Source of the DNA: Nitrospirota bacterium
GTDB lineage: Bacteria; Nitrospirota; Nitrospiria; Nitrospirales; Nitrospiraceae
Direction of reading: 5' to 3'
Length of the DNA: 64,000 bases
NCBI GenBank assembly: GCA_963703955.1
Contig: CAVPGK010000006.1
Location: 32,001-96,000 of the forward strand
Position numbers and translations under genes: made by a program
Shown: positions 18,869-27,717 of the stretch, piece by piece
Layout of the letters: each line of letters starts with the position of its first letter
Numbering within the stretch: position 1 is the first letter of the stretch
The notes under the pieces: generated by a model
Seen by the model: only the letters and a program-made list of their open reading frames with translations
What the model was told of the DNA's origin: nothing
Databases searched by the model: none

Positions 18869-19357
18869 CTATCGGAACCCAACATATTTTGGGTTTGCCC
18901 GCAAGGTGCCTATTTTGACTTGACGCCACGCGCCACTACCTACCTGGTAGGTAGCTCTTACTTGAATCACGACTGCTCCAGCAGTGATAAAGGAATCCGC
19001 TCGGTCGGATTGAACGGTCCACACCAATCGAATGCCATCTTGTTCCATGCTCCCTGTATAGATGCCATCCCCCGCGGTCGTGTCTTCCTGAAGACCATCA
19101 TCACGCATGACGACGTCCGGGATACCATCCAAATTCAAATCGTCGGTTAGCAGTGCCTCCCAAGAAGCCGTGCGTTTTGCCTCGATCCGCGACTGCGCCA
19201 TCGCCAAGGCGTGAGTTCCCATCGCTCCCTGCCTCAAACCATGATCTCCCCACTGAAACATGCCCAGGACACCTAGCATGGAAAAAGCCATGACAACCAT
19301 CGCGACCATCACCTCAAGCAAGCTAAATCCTTGTTCGCTTCTACAAAGTTGGTTCAT
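18869..19357 (-). CDS. PilV-like minor pilin (second set) with acidic DDG loop
   Basis: EQG/FSLLEVMVAM prepilin motif and DDLNLDGIPD...DDGLQEDTTAGDGIYTG. Confidence 0.8.
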   Translation of the reverse strand: MNQLCRSEQGFSLLEVMVAMVVMAFSMLGVLGMFQWGDHGLRQGAMGTHALAMAQSRIEAKRTASWEALLTDDLNLDGIPDVVMRDDGLQEDTTAGDGIYTGSMEQDGIRLVWTVQSDRADSFITAGAVVIQVRATYQVGSGAWRQVKIGTLRANPKYVGFR

Positions 19358-19383
19358 ACACACCCTCTTTTCACGATACGCCG

Positions 19384-19818
19384 TCAAGAAATCGACACTC
19401 GTCCCGTGAGGCTGATCGTAAGTTGTCTGCGTTCTTCTTGAGCGCTGCGGAGTGTAATGGTTGTCGGCGTGGCGGCGCGGCCGCTTGGATAAAAAATAAC
19501 CGAAGGTCCGTTCGAAAGACTTTCGACGACCACTTTTCTGTCCTCAAAGTCGAACTGACGAACCACCTCTCCTGGCGTCCCTGCAAACTCAATCCGGATC
19601 CATGAAGTCTCCGGCTGGAAAATCACCCGTACTCGCTCTCGCCGCATCATGGCCAAATGACGGGCGCCCCGAAGCTCTGCAGCTAACTCGGCTGTGGCAG
19701 TCTTGCTCTTCTGCCGAGCTACGGCTGCACCGAGACCTTCTCCACCGATGACGAGCATCAGGCCGATCAACGCCACCACTACCATCATTTCACTGAGTGT
19801 GAGCCCACTTTCGTTCAT
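19384..19818 (-). CDS. FimT/GspH-like minor pilin (second set)
   Basis: NESG/LTLSEMMVV prepilin motif, ARHLAM, IFYPSGRA and ISLTGRV. Confidence 0.82.
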   Translation of the reverse strand: MNESGLTLSEMMVVVALIGLMLVIGGEGLGAAVARQKSKTATAELAAELRGARHLAMMRRERVRVIFQPETSWIRIEFAGTPGEVVRQFDFEDRKVVVESLSNGPSVIFYPSGRAATPTTITLRSAQEERRQLTISLTGRVSIS

Positions 19819-20079
19819 CTGTTCTCCTTCAACACCTTTTCAAGGAATGCTGTTCTTGCGACCCGTCCTATCCAAATCTCATGCCGTACTAAGGGTAAAT
19901 ACTTTGTTTGATGGGGCCTGCCAGGAAAATCAGCAGGATACGAGCGTCCCAACGTAATACGTATAAATATGGAGTTTACGGAGGAGGTGGCCTGAGAGCC
20001 AATTAGATACGGAGCGTTTGCACAATTGGATACAGAAGGATAAGCAAGGGAAGCGATAACAAGGAGAAAAGAGATGGAG

Positions 20080-20853
20080 TTACCGAACGCCTGCGAGCAA
20101 GCTCATGTACCAACTCAGAATTTCTCGATGGAAGAACATTGCCACAACAGCACCCAACGCCAAAAATGGACCAAATGGAAGGTACTGATCTCTCCGAATG
20201 ACCTTCAGGAGAATTAACCCAATGCCGACAACCGACCCCACTATCGCCCCCACCAAAATCGTGAGAAGGGTCGGTTTCCAGCCTAGAAAGGCTCCAATCA
20301 TTGCGAGAAGCTTAATGTCTCCTCCGCCCATCCCCTCTTTGCCAAACAAATAGGGGCTGACCCAGGCCACGCCCCACAAGACTCCCCCGCCAATCAGTAC
20401 ACCCAAGACGGAGTTGAGCAACCCAACAGGAAGGATTGTAGCGGCACAGAGAAGGCCCAAGACGATTCCGGGCAAGGTAATCCGGTCGGGGATGATCTGA
20501 TGTGAGAAATCGATCCAGGTGACTACCAGAAGCGCCGAGAACAACAGCGCATAGATAAGTGAGGGCCATTCCAGACCATAACGCCAGACAATGAAGATAT
20601 AACCGAGCCCATTTGTGACTTCCACAATCGGATATCGCGGGGAAATCGAAGCCCGGCACGAACGACATCGAGCTTTCAAAAGAAAATAACCAATCAGAGG
20701 AATATTATCGTATGGCTTGATTGGACACGAGCAATTCGGACAATATGACAGCCGCCAGACGACAGATTTCTTCAAGGGAATCCTGTAAATACAAACGTTC
20801 AAGAAGCTGCCGATCGCTAATCCAATAACAAGCACGCCGAGATAACTCCACAT
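20080..20853 (-). CDS. pilD: Prepilin peptidase / N-methyltransferase
   Basis: IGSFLNVCIYRIP, two CxxC pairs, catalytic D (WID) and GMGGGDIKL, and PFGPFL. Confidence 0.96.
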   Translation of the reverse strand: MWSYLGVLVIGLAIGSFLNVCIYRIPLKKSVVWRLSYCPNCSCPIKPYDNIPLIGYFLLKARCRSCRASISPRYPIVEVTNGLGYIFIVWRYGLEWPSLIYALLFSALLVVTWIDFSHQIIPDRITLPGIVLGLLCAATILPVGLLNSVLGVLIGGGVLWGVAWVSPYLFGKEGMGGGDIKLLAMIGAFLGWKPTLLTILVGAIVGSVVGIGLILLKVIRRDQYLPFGPFLALGAVVAMFFHREILSWYMSLLAGVR

Positions 20854-20978
20854 CGTGTCAGATGTCTCCCTGGGACAGCCTGCTGCGACTGCTTAAGAAG
20901 TGATTCTTTAGTTTACATCTGATTCGCTGCCTGACATAATAGATAAGTAAGTAATTGGCTATCATCCAGGTGACCAAT

Positions 20979-21239
20979 ATGGCGAAAGTTCAAAGAGTGA
21001 GACAACCGACTCTTCATACTCCTAAGCGAAAGCGCCCCGAAACCCTGACGAGCCGGGAGCAGGAAATCCTCCAACTGATCTGGTCGGGACTGAAGAATCG
21101 CGAGATTGCACAGCGCTTGAAAATCAGCGTCAAAACGGTGGAAGCCCATCGAGCGACGATGATGAAAAAAGCGCGCGTCTCCAACACGGCTCAACTCCTG
21201 AAGGCCGCCATTCAGGATGGCATGATCAAACTACGCTAG
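20979..21239 (+). CDS. Stand-alone LuxR-type HTH transcriptional regulator
   Basis: LTSREQEILQLIWSGLKNREIAQRLKISVKTVEAHR; no receiver domain. Confidence 0.9.
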   Translation: MAKVQRVRQPTLHTPKRKRPETLTSREQEILQLIWSGLKNREIAQRLKISVKTVEAHRATMMKKARVSNTAQLLKAAIQDGMIKLR

Positions 21240-21417
21240 TGTCCTGTCCCCAAAATTCATGGAACAATAAGTCGTATCTGCGGAAGCACGCCATCCGACT
21301 CGTACGCCCGACACCACCGCTCGTGTTGACGACGAACGAGAGACCTTGCAGCGGTGGCGTAGGGTGTTCAAGCTTCCCGCCCGATCCGCTGTGTGATCCG
21401 CCGCTGCTGACACGAGC

Positions 21418-22194
21418 CTAGACGTGTCGCTTCCAAAGAGGCGCTCGCTGTCTCACGGCTTCAAAGAGTACGATTGCGGCTGCGGCCGACACATTGAGTG
21501 AGGCGAGCTGCCCACGCATCGGGATTCTAACTCGCTCGTCGCATTTGTCCAGAACCCCGAGACGGATTCCTCTTCCCTCCCCTCCAAAGACCAAGGCAAG
21601 AGGACATCTAAAATCCAGTGCGGTATAGGGCTTTTCTGCGTGAGGAACCACCCCATAGACCCAGAGCCCTGCGGCCTGTAACTTTTCAATAAGCCTCGAC
21701 ACATTTTCAGCGCAGGCCACGCGTAAGTGCTCCAAGGCGCCGGCAGATACCCTCGCGACGCTCCTCGTCAACCCTGCCGCATGTCGCTCGGGCACGAATA
21801 CTCCGTGGACCCCGGCGGCCTCCGCCGTTCGTAGCACGGCACCCAGATTGTGCGGGTCTTCGATTCCGTCCAGAATGACGACGAAAGGCGGCTCGTCTCG
21901 AGCCCGCGCATGGTCCAAGATATTCTCCGTCGAGGCGTATCCTTTGGCCCCGACTATCCCGATGACCCCTTGATGCTTGCCATCGGGAACGAGACGGTCC
22001 AGAGCAGACCGTGGCTCAAGACGCACCGGCACTCCTGCGGCGTGGGCCAACTGGACAACATCTGCAAATTGACGATCCCGCCTCACGACCAGGAGCCGCA
22101 ACAGCGGTCGACTACCCGAGCGCAAGGCCTCCCGCACAGCATGAAGGCCATAGAGGATCTCCGCCTGCTTACCGCTTCCAGCGACTGGTCCCAT
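21418..22194 (-). CDS. rlmB: 23S rRNA (G2251-2'-O)-methyltransferase RlmB
   Basis: SPOUT motifs LYGLHAV, HQGV, LDGIEDPHNLGA, GGEGRG and SLNVSAA; follows cysS. Confidence 0.94.
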   Translation of the reverse strand: MGPVAGSGKQAEILYGLHAVREALRSGSRPLLRLLVVRRDRQFADVVQLAHAAGVPVRLEPRSALDRLVPDGKHQGVIGIVGAKGYASTENILDHARARDEPPFVVILDGIEDPHNLGAVLRTAEAAGVHGVFVPERHAAGLTRSVARVSAGALEHLRVACAENVSRLIEKLQAAGLWVYGVVPHAEKPYTALDFRCPLALVFGGEGRGIRLGVLDKCDERVRIPMRGQLASLNVSAAAAIVLFEAVRQRAPLWKRHV

Positions 22195-23656
22195 CTGGAC
22201 GATCCTCGATCGCGATACCTTGTGCGGCGAGATACCTTCTAATCTCATCGGCTCTCACAAAATCCTTTTGTCGACGGGCCTCGTTCCGTTCAGCTATCTT
22301 CGACTCTACGACAGTATCCGGTATGACAGCTGTCACACTAGCCGTCTCCTTAAGACCCACACTTAGGCTATCAGCCACACTCAGGCTCTCAGTTCTAGGG
22401 TCCTTGAATTGCCAATCCTTCAACTGAAAGAGCCCCAACATCCGACCAGAATGTCGAAAAGCTTCCAGCGCTTTGCCGCATGTCCTTTGACACAATCCCA
22501 TCTCAAGCAATCGATTGACCTCTCCCCGCAGCCGCTGCAATTCCGCAATCGCGGCGGGAGTATTGAAATCATCGTCCATGGCGCGGTGAAAAGCTGATTC
22601 CATCAGCTGGACAGCATTTTGCCACTGCGTATCTCCTGGGCCGTCTTCCACCGTGGATTCCTCAAGCCGCTGAAATAAGCCATAAAAGCCGTCCAGCGCT
22701 CGTTTAGCCTCTTGCAGAGCTTGATCGGAAAAATCGAGCGGACTTCTGTAGTGTGTGGCCAGAAGGAAATACCTGAGGACTTCACCGGTGACTTCTTCTC
22801 GATAACCATACTTCTCGAAGATCTCGCGGATGGTAAAGAAGTTTCCCAAAGACTTGGACATTTTTTCCTGGTTCACCTGTACAAAACCATTGTGAATCCA
22901 ATAGCGGGCGAACTCCTTGTCGGTGGCCCCGCTGGATTGGGCAAGCTCGTTTTCATGATGCGGGAAGATGAGGTCCGCTCCGCCGCCGTGGATATCGAAC
23001 GTGTCGCCCAAGTGTCTGATCGACATCGCAGAACATTCGATGTGCCAGCCTGGGCGTCCCGGTCCCCATGGACTCTCCCAGAACGGCTCGCCTGGCTTCG
23101 CGCTCTTCCAGAGGACGAAATCCATAGCATGTCGTTTTCGCTCATCCACCTCGACACGAGCACCTGCCTGCATCTCCTCCAGCTTCCGCCTGGAGAGACG
23201 CCCGTAGCCGGGGAATTTCTCAACCTGAAAGTACACATCCTGGCCTAATTGGTAGGCCATTCCCTTCCGAACAAGCCGCTCGACCAACGCGATGATGTCG
23301 GCGATATGCTCGGTGGCTTTAGGTTCGATCGTGGCCGACCGAACCCCTAAGCGACGCATATCACGATAGTACGCATCGATATAACGTGACGTGACGGCTT
23401 CCCAAGGCACACCTTGCTCTTGAGCTCGACGAATGATCTTGTCGTCTACATCAGTAAAATTTTTCACGAACGTGACCACATAGCCGCTCTCCTCGAGATA
23501 CCGTCGGATCACATCAAAGACCAGCGCGCTCCTGCCATGGCCGAGATGGCAGTCGTCGTACACCGTGACCCCACAGACATACATGCGAACCCTACCCGGC
23601 ACAAGAGGTTCGAACGAGTCCTTGCGGCCCGTGAGGGTATTGTAGATCTTCAGCAT
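22169..23656 (-). CDS. cysS: Cysteinyl-tRNA synthetase
   Basis: YVCGVTVYD, HLGH, GRPGWHIECSAM, KMSKS and DDFNT motifs. Confidence 0.98.
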   Translation of the reverse strand: MLKIYNTLTGRKDSFEPLVPGRVRMYVCGVTVYDDCHLGHGRSALVFDVIRRYLEESGYVVTFVKNFTDVDDKIIRRAQEQGVPWEAVTSRYIDAYYRDMRRLGVRSATIEPKATEHIADIIALVERLVRKGMAYQLGQDVYFQVEKFPGYGRLSRRKLEEMQAGARVEVDERKRHAMDFVLWKSAKPGEPFWESPWGPGRPGWHIECSAMSIRHLGDTFDIHGGGADLIFPHHENELAQSSGATDKEFARYWIHNGFVQVNQEKMSKSLGNFFTIREIFEKYGYREEVTGEVLRYFLLATHYRSPLDFSDQALQEAKRALDGFYGLFQRLEESTVEDGPGDTQWQNAVQLMESAFHRAMDDDFNTPAAIAELQRLRGEVNRLLEMGLCQRTCGKALEAFRHSGRMLGLFQLKDWQFKDPRTESLSVADSLSVGLKETASVTAVIPDTVVESKIAERNEARRQKDFVRADEIRRYLAAQGIAIEDRPDGTSRWKR

Positions 23657-23784
23657 CAGGCACCTAGCAACACACCGCAGGTACTAGACTCAGGTCAGTT
23701 CCGTCCAACAGGGTACTCAGGCGGTTTTGACTACAAGCGTTCTCACCCATCCGCTCCGCGCGCCCGCTTCCGAGCGAGGACCTC

Positions 23785-24594
23785 TTACGCGCGCGGAGTG
23801 CGAGAACTGGAAACAACTCGGCCTCTGTCTTTCCCCATCCTTCCATTACTTAGCACAGTCTCCCAACGTCTTAGCTGCTCCAAGACTTCGTGGTGCGTAA
23901 TGTCAAGGTGAAGAGGTGTAATCGACACCATCCCCCGCCGTACGGCGTCATAGTCGGAGTCCCTCTGCCGCTCCCAGGACATGCGAGTACCGGCAATCCA
24001 GTAATACTTTCGCCCTCGAGGATCCATCTTCTCCACGATAGGATCGACGAAGTGACGCCGGCTAAGACAGGTTATTTTGACACCCGCAATCCCCGCCAGA
24101 TAGCGATTGGGCACATTGACGTTCAGTAACGTCTCCTCTGGCATACCGTATCGGAGCACCGCCCTGGCCACACGTAGGGCATACACAGCCGCCGTCTGAA
24201 ACTTGAAGGTTCCATGGCCATCCTGGGAGACGGCGATAGACGGGATGCCCAGCAGAGTTCCCTCCAGCGCGGCCGAGACCGTACCCGAGTATGTGACATC
24301 GTCACCGAGATTCGCACCACGATTGATCCCTGACACGACCAGAGCCGGCGGGACGCGAATGAGCTGTTTGACGGCCAAGGTGACACAGTCGGATGGCGTA
24401 CCGTTGACCGAAAAGACCTGTCTATCGATTCGGTTGATCCGCAGCGGCTTGTGAAGCGTCAATGAATGACCAACCGCACCACGCTCGCGCTCCGGTGCCA
24501 CGACGCAGACCGTTCCTAATTTCTTCATTGCAGCGGCAAGACTATGCAGGCCTGGCGACAAGATCCCGTCATCATTGGTAACCAGAATCTTCAT
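23785..24594 (-). CDS. surE: 5'/3'-nucleotidase SurE
   Basis: ILVTNDDG, GTPSDCV, SGINRGANLG and YSGTVSAA motifs. Confidence 0.97.
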   Translation of the reverse strand: MKILVTNDDGILSPGLHSLAAAMKKLGTVCVVAPERERGAVGHSLTLHKPLRINRIDRQVFSVNGTPSDCVTLAVKQLIRVPPALVVSGINRGANLGDDVTYSGTVSAALEGTLLGIPSIAVSQDGHGTFKFQTAAVYALRVARAVLRYGMPEETLLNVNVPNRYLAGIAGVKITCLSRRHFVDPIVEKMDPRGRKYYWIAGTRMSWERQRDSDYDAVRRGMVSITPLHLDITHHEVLEQLRRWETVLSNGRMGKDRGRVVSSSRTPRA

Positions 24595-24739
24595 GGGCGT
24601 ACGGGAGACAAGAAAACTGCCCGTGGCAGCTGGCGAGGCGAGCCGTTGCGAGCGAATCGTTCGTAACCGACGTACCCCTGAATATCCACTCAGAGGGGGG
24701 TTGTCCTTAGACGACAGGTGACTGGAGATGCACCGCCGA

Positions 24740-24816
24740 TGGTCGGGGCGAGCCGATTTGAACGGCCGACCTCTCGCACCCCAAGCGAGTGCGCTACCAG
24801 GCTGCGCTACGCCCCG
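24740..24816 (-). tRNA. tRNA-Pro(GGG), 77 nt with encoded CCA
   Basis: Minus strand CGGGGCGTAGCGCAGCCTGGTAGCGCACTCGCTTGGGGTGCGAGAGGTCGGCCGTTCAAATCGGCTCGCCCCGACCA folds into a cloverleaf with anticodon GGG. Confidence 0.97.
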
Positions 24817-24839
24817 ACTTCGCCATCCCGCGAGGTTGC

Positions 24840-24868
24840 ATTTTGTCCCACGGCTAGCTTGAGGTCAA
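24840..24868 (-). promoter_or_regulatory. Putative sigma70 promoter for the intact tRNA-Pro
   Basis: TTGACC-17 nt-CAAAAT on the minus strand, just upstream of the tRNA. Confidence 0.5.
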
Positions 24869-25001
24869 GTGTCATTACAGTGTTAGCGTGGTACGCGGAG
24901 AGCTTCGAGGCAGCCTGATGCAAGACTTCCGGCGCAATCTGGTTATACCCATTACATTGATCCTTCATTCAGGGTAGGTTGCGTCTGGGTTGCATTTGTG
25001 C

Positions 25002-25631
25002 CTAACCAGTTCGGTGCCGCCGATAATGGGCTGCCACTTTGATCCGGTTGCCACAGACACTCATGCTGCACCAATGGCGAGCGTGGTTCTTGGTCGTGTC
25101 ATAGAAGAAGAGCACGCAAGCCGGGTTCTGACATCTTTTGATGAGCGACAAATCACACGTGCACAGCAAGTCACTCGCGGAGGTGGCGAGCAACCCAAGC
25201 AGTCGATGCGCCTCCTGTGACTCCGCCTGAAACTCTCGCTCGAATGTTCCATGGCGGTTCGTCAATTGGTCGTAGCCGACACGGTAGCGCAACATCCTGT
25301 TAATGGTCTCAATCGCGGCCGGCGGCACGGGCTTGCCGGCTGCCATCCGCTCGACCATCTCCCGTAGCGAAGCCCGGAACTGCCGTGCCTGGTCCAGGGT
25401 CCGCATGCCCTCGAGCTTCCCGCCCCATTTCCGTTCCGCCTTCGTGGCTTCCTCCTTATCCAGAAGACGCGTCTCCACCAGCCACATGACCAGATCCGAG
25501 AACGTCTCAAGCAGGTCCACCGGCTGCCCGTTCTGGGCAATCCGGGTGTTGATGAAATCCAGGCACGGGTGATTGCCGATGAACATGAACGTCTTCTCGG
25601 CCTGGCCGTCGCGTCCCACAGGTTTCCTCAC
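25002..25631 (-). CDS. CGNR zinc-finger / ABATE domain protein (putative regulator)
   Basis: CLDFINT near the N-terminus; C-terminal RCQNPAC...FYDTTKNHARHWCSMSVCGNRIKV. Confidence 0.92.
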   Translation of the reverse strand: MRKPVGRDGQAEKTFMFIGNHPCLDFINTRIAQNGQPVDLLETFSDLVMWLVETRLLDKEEATKAERKWGGKLEGMRTLDQARQFRASLREMVERMAAGKPVPPAAIETINRMLRYRVGYDQLTNRHGTFEREFQAESQEAHRLLGLLATSASDLLCTCDLSLIKRCQNPACVLFFYDTTKNHARHWCSMSVCGNRIKVAAHYRRHRTG

Positions 25632-25641
25632 AAATAAATAG

Positions 25642-25713
25642 AAACCGTCTAAATAATACTTGACAGGTTAGCCCATGATTGATATAACTGTCAATATTAA
25701 CTTTAGAAGGTTA
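25642..25713. promoter_or_regulatory. Overlapping divergent promoters with two imperfect palindromic operators
   Basis: Plus strand TTGACA(25660)-17-TATAAC; minus strand TTGACA(25694)-18-TAACCT; palindromes AAACCGTCTA-N8-TTGACAGGTTA and TAACTGTCAA-N8-TTAGAAGGTTA. Confidence 0.65.
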
Positions 25714-25796
25714 GTTAGACAACCTGGCAGCAACAGTCCTTACACCACCATGAAGAACCGGCTCGATGGCCGGCCGGACATTCCAAGGAGGGAACC

Positions 25797-26699
25797 ATGG
25801 CTCAGCATGACACTGCACCGTATTACCGCACTCAGGATGTGAACGGGCTCAAGATCTTCTATCGGGAGGCAGGCGCGCCGGCAGCCCCAACGATCCTACT
25901 CCTGCATGGGTTTCCCACGTCGTCGCACATGTTCCGCGACTTGATTCCCCTGCTCGCACGCCACTACCACGTGATCGCTCCCGACCTCCCAGGATTTGGC
26001 TTCTCTGATGCGCCGAGCCCGTCGCGCTTTCCGTACACCTTTGATCGGTTGGCCGACGTGATGGAGCAGTTTACGGACACGCTCGGCCTCAGCCGCTACG
26101 CCCTCTACATCTTCGATTACGGAGCCCCGGTGGGTCTCCGGCTGGCCATTCGGCATCCGGAGCGGATCACTGCGATTGTGTCGCAGAACGGGAATGCCTA
26201 CGAGGACGGGCTCAGCGCGGGCTGGAACCCGATTCAAACGTACTGGGAAGCCCCCACTGCTGAAAACCGGGCAGCGCTGAAGGCCTTTCTCACGCCGGAG
26301 GCCACTAAGTGGCAGTACACCCAGGGGACTGAGGCGTCGCGCCTGGCCCCAGAGTCGTATGCGCTCGACTCTGCCCTATTGGCGCGTCCCGGCAATGAGG
26401 ACATTCAGTTGGATCTGTTTCTCGACTATGCGAGCAATGTCAAGCTCTATCCCCAGTTCCAGGAGTATTTCCGCCTCCACCAGCCACCGACGCTCGCCGT
26501 GTGGGGAAAAACCGATCCGTTCTTTCTTCCAGCCGGGGCCGACGCTTTCAAGCGGGACAACCCGAGTGCGCAGGTTGTGTTCTTCGAAACCGGGCATTTT
26601 GCCCTCGAGACGCATACCGCAGAAATCGGCGCGAAAATCATAGAGTTTCTCAGCGCGATACGGCCGAGTGCCGCGTCTAACTCACGAGGACAAGCATGA
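25797..26699 (+). CDS. Alpha/beta fold hydrolase (epoxide hydrolase / haloalkane dehalogenase-like)
   Basis: LLLHGFPTSS, APDLPGFG, Asp nucleophile elbow FDYGA, and GHFALE; RBS AGGAGG. Confidence 0.92.
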   Translation: MAQHDTAPYYRTQDVNGLKIFYREAGAPAAPTILLLHGFPTSSHMFRDLIPLLARHYHVIAPDLPGFGFSDAPSPSRFPYTFDRLADVMEQFTDTLGLSRYALYIFDYGAPVGLRLAIRHPERITAIVSQNGNAYEDGLSAGWNPIQTYWEAPTAENRAALKAFLTPEATKWQYTQGTEASRLAPESYALDSALLARPGNEDIQLDLFLDYASNVKLYPQFQEYFRLHQPPTLAVWGKTDPFFLPAGADAFKRDNPSAQVVFFETGHFALETHTAEIGAKIIEFLSAIRPSAASNSRGQA

Positions 26700-26786
26700 G
26701 GTATCAAAGTCATCTCGTGATCAGACTAACACGTGAATCGCTTCACGAAGATGAACAACGCTCACGTTCGTCAGGAGGGGGATGAT

Positions 26787-27353
26787 ATGAGACTCGTTTC
26801 GGTGCAAGTCGGGCGTCCGCGCCCGGTGCGGTGGCATGGAAAGCCCGTGTCCACCGGTATCTACAAAGAGCCGGTGGCTGGCCGCATCGTGCTGTATCGG
26901 TTCAATCTCGACGGCGACCAGCAAGCCGACTTGACCGTTCATGGCGGTCCAGACAAGGCGGTGTATATCTATCCCTCTGAACATTATCCGCTCTGGCAGG
27001 CAGAGTTTCCTGATATGCGATTACCGTACGGAATGTTCGGTGAGAACTTTACGACGGAGGGGTTGGACGAGTCGTCAGTCCACATCGGCGATCAGTTCCG
27101 CATCGGGGGCGCGGTGGTCGTGGTGACGCAGCCGCGCATCCCTTGCTACAAACTCGGCATACGATTCGGGCGTCCAGACATGCCGAAACGGTTTCACGCG
27201 AGCGGTCGCTGCGGCTTTTATCTGGCCGTCCTGCGCGAAGGCGAAGTCGGCGCGGGTGATGTCTGGGAACGCATGGCACAAAACGTTCAGCAGGTTTCGG
27301 TGATGGAGAGCTACCGTCTGCTCACGAACCATTTTAGCAAGGAGATACGCTAG
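26787..27353 (+). CDS. MOSC domain protein (YiiM-like), apparently lacking the C-terminal 3-alpha domain
   Basis: DGDQQAD, HGGPDKAV, FGENFT, TQPRIPCYKL and GFYLAVL motifs; ends soon after the MOSC core. Confidence 0.88.
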   Translation: MRLVSVQVGRPRPVRWHGKPVSTGIYKEPVAGRIVLYRFNLDGDQQADLTVHGGPDKAVYIYPSEHYPLWQAEFPDMRLPYGMFGENFTTEGLDESSVHIGDQFRIGGAVVVVTQPRIPCYKLGIRFGRPDMPKRFHASGRCGFYLAVLREGEVGAGDVWERMAQNVQQVSVMESYRLLTNHFSKEIR

Positions 27354-27717
27354 CCACGACAGAATAGAAGGTTTGGCTTGCGCGCGATCGGAATTTTCAG
27401 TCGGGACCCCCGCTGGTCGGCTACTCACTTCATTAAGGTGTGAAGTGCGTTGACATGTTTTTTGTAATTTTAGAAAAAGTCTGTTTATCGAAACACTGTA
27501 TGGCCCCATACCCTAACGGGATCGACAAACCACCTCGCTAGGAAACAAGGATGTCACCGGGCGGCATCGGCACTGGCAACCGGTTGCGCCTGTGCTGCGT
27601 CTTGAGAAGAGATGTCCCTTGATGACCCCTCTTGTCTAGATCCCCCTCTGTTTATGCGGTTTTGCTGGGGCTGTTATGATTACTTAGGCGACTCTTAGTC
27701 AGCAGGCCGCACGTGCT

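Noticed and set aside
8846..19818. Pilin antigenic-variation cassettes or a shufflon
   Set aside because: All pilin genes have their own N-termini, and no silent cassettes, inversion repeats or recombinase are present.
21231..21421. 60 aa ORFs on both strands between luxR and rlmB
   Set aside because: No convincing RBS or motifs; probably spacer between convergent genes.
27501..27525. CCCTAACGGGATCGA resembling a reverse-complemented tRNA 3' end / att remnant
   Set aside because: Too short and degenerate, with no T-loop consensus, no cloverleaf and no partner repeat in the window.
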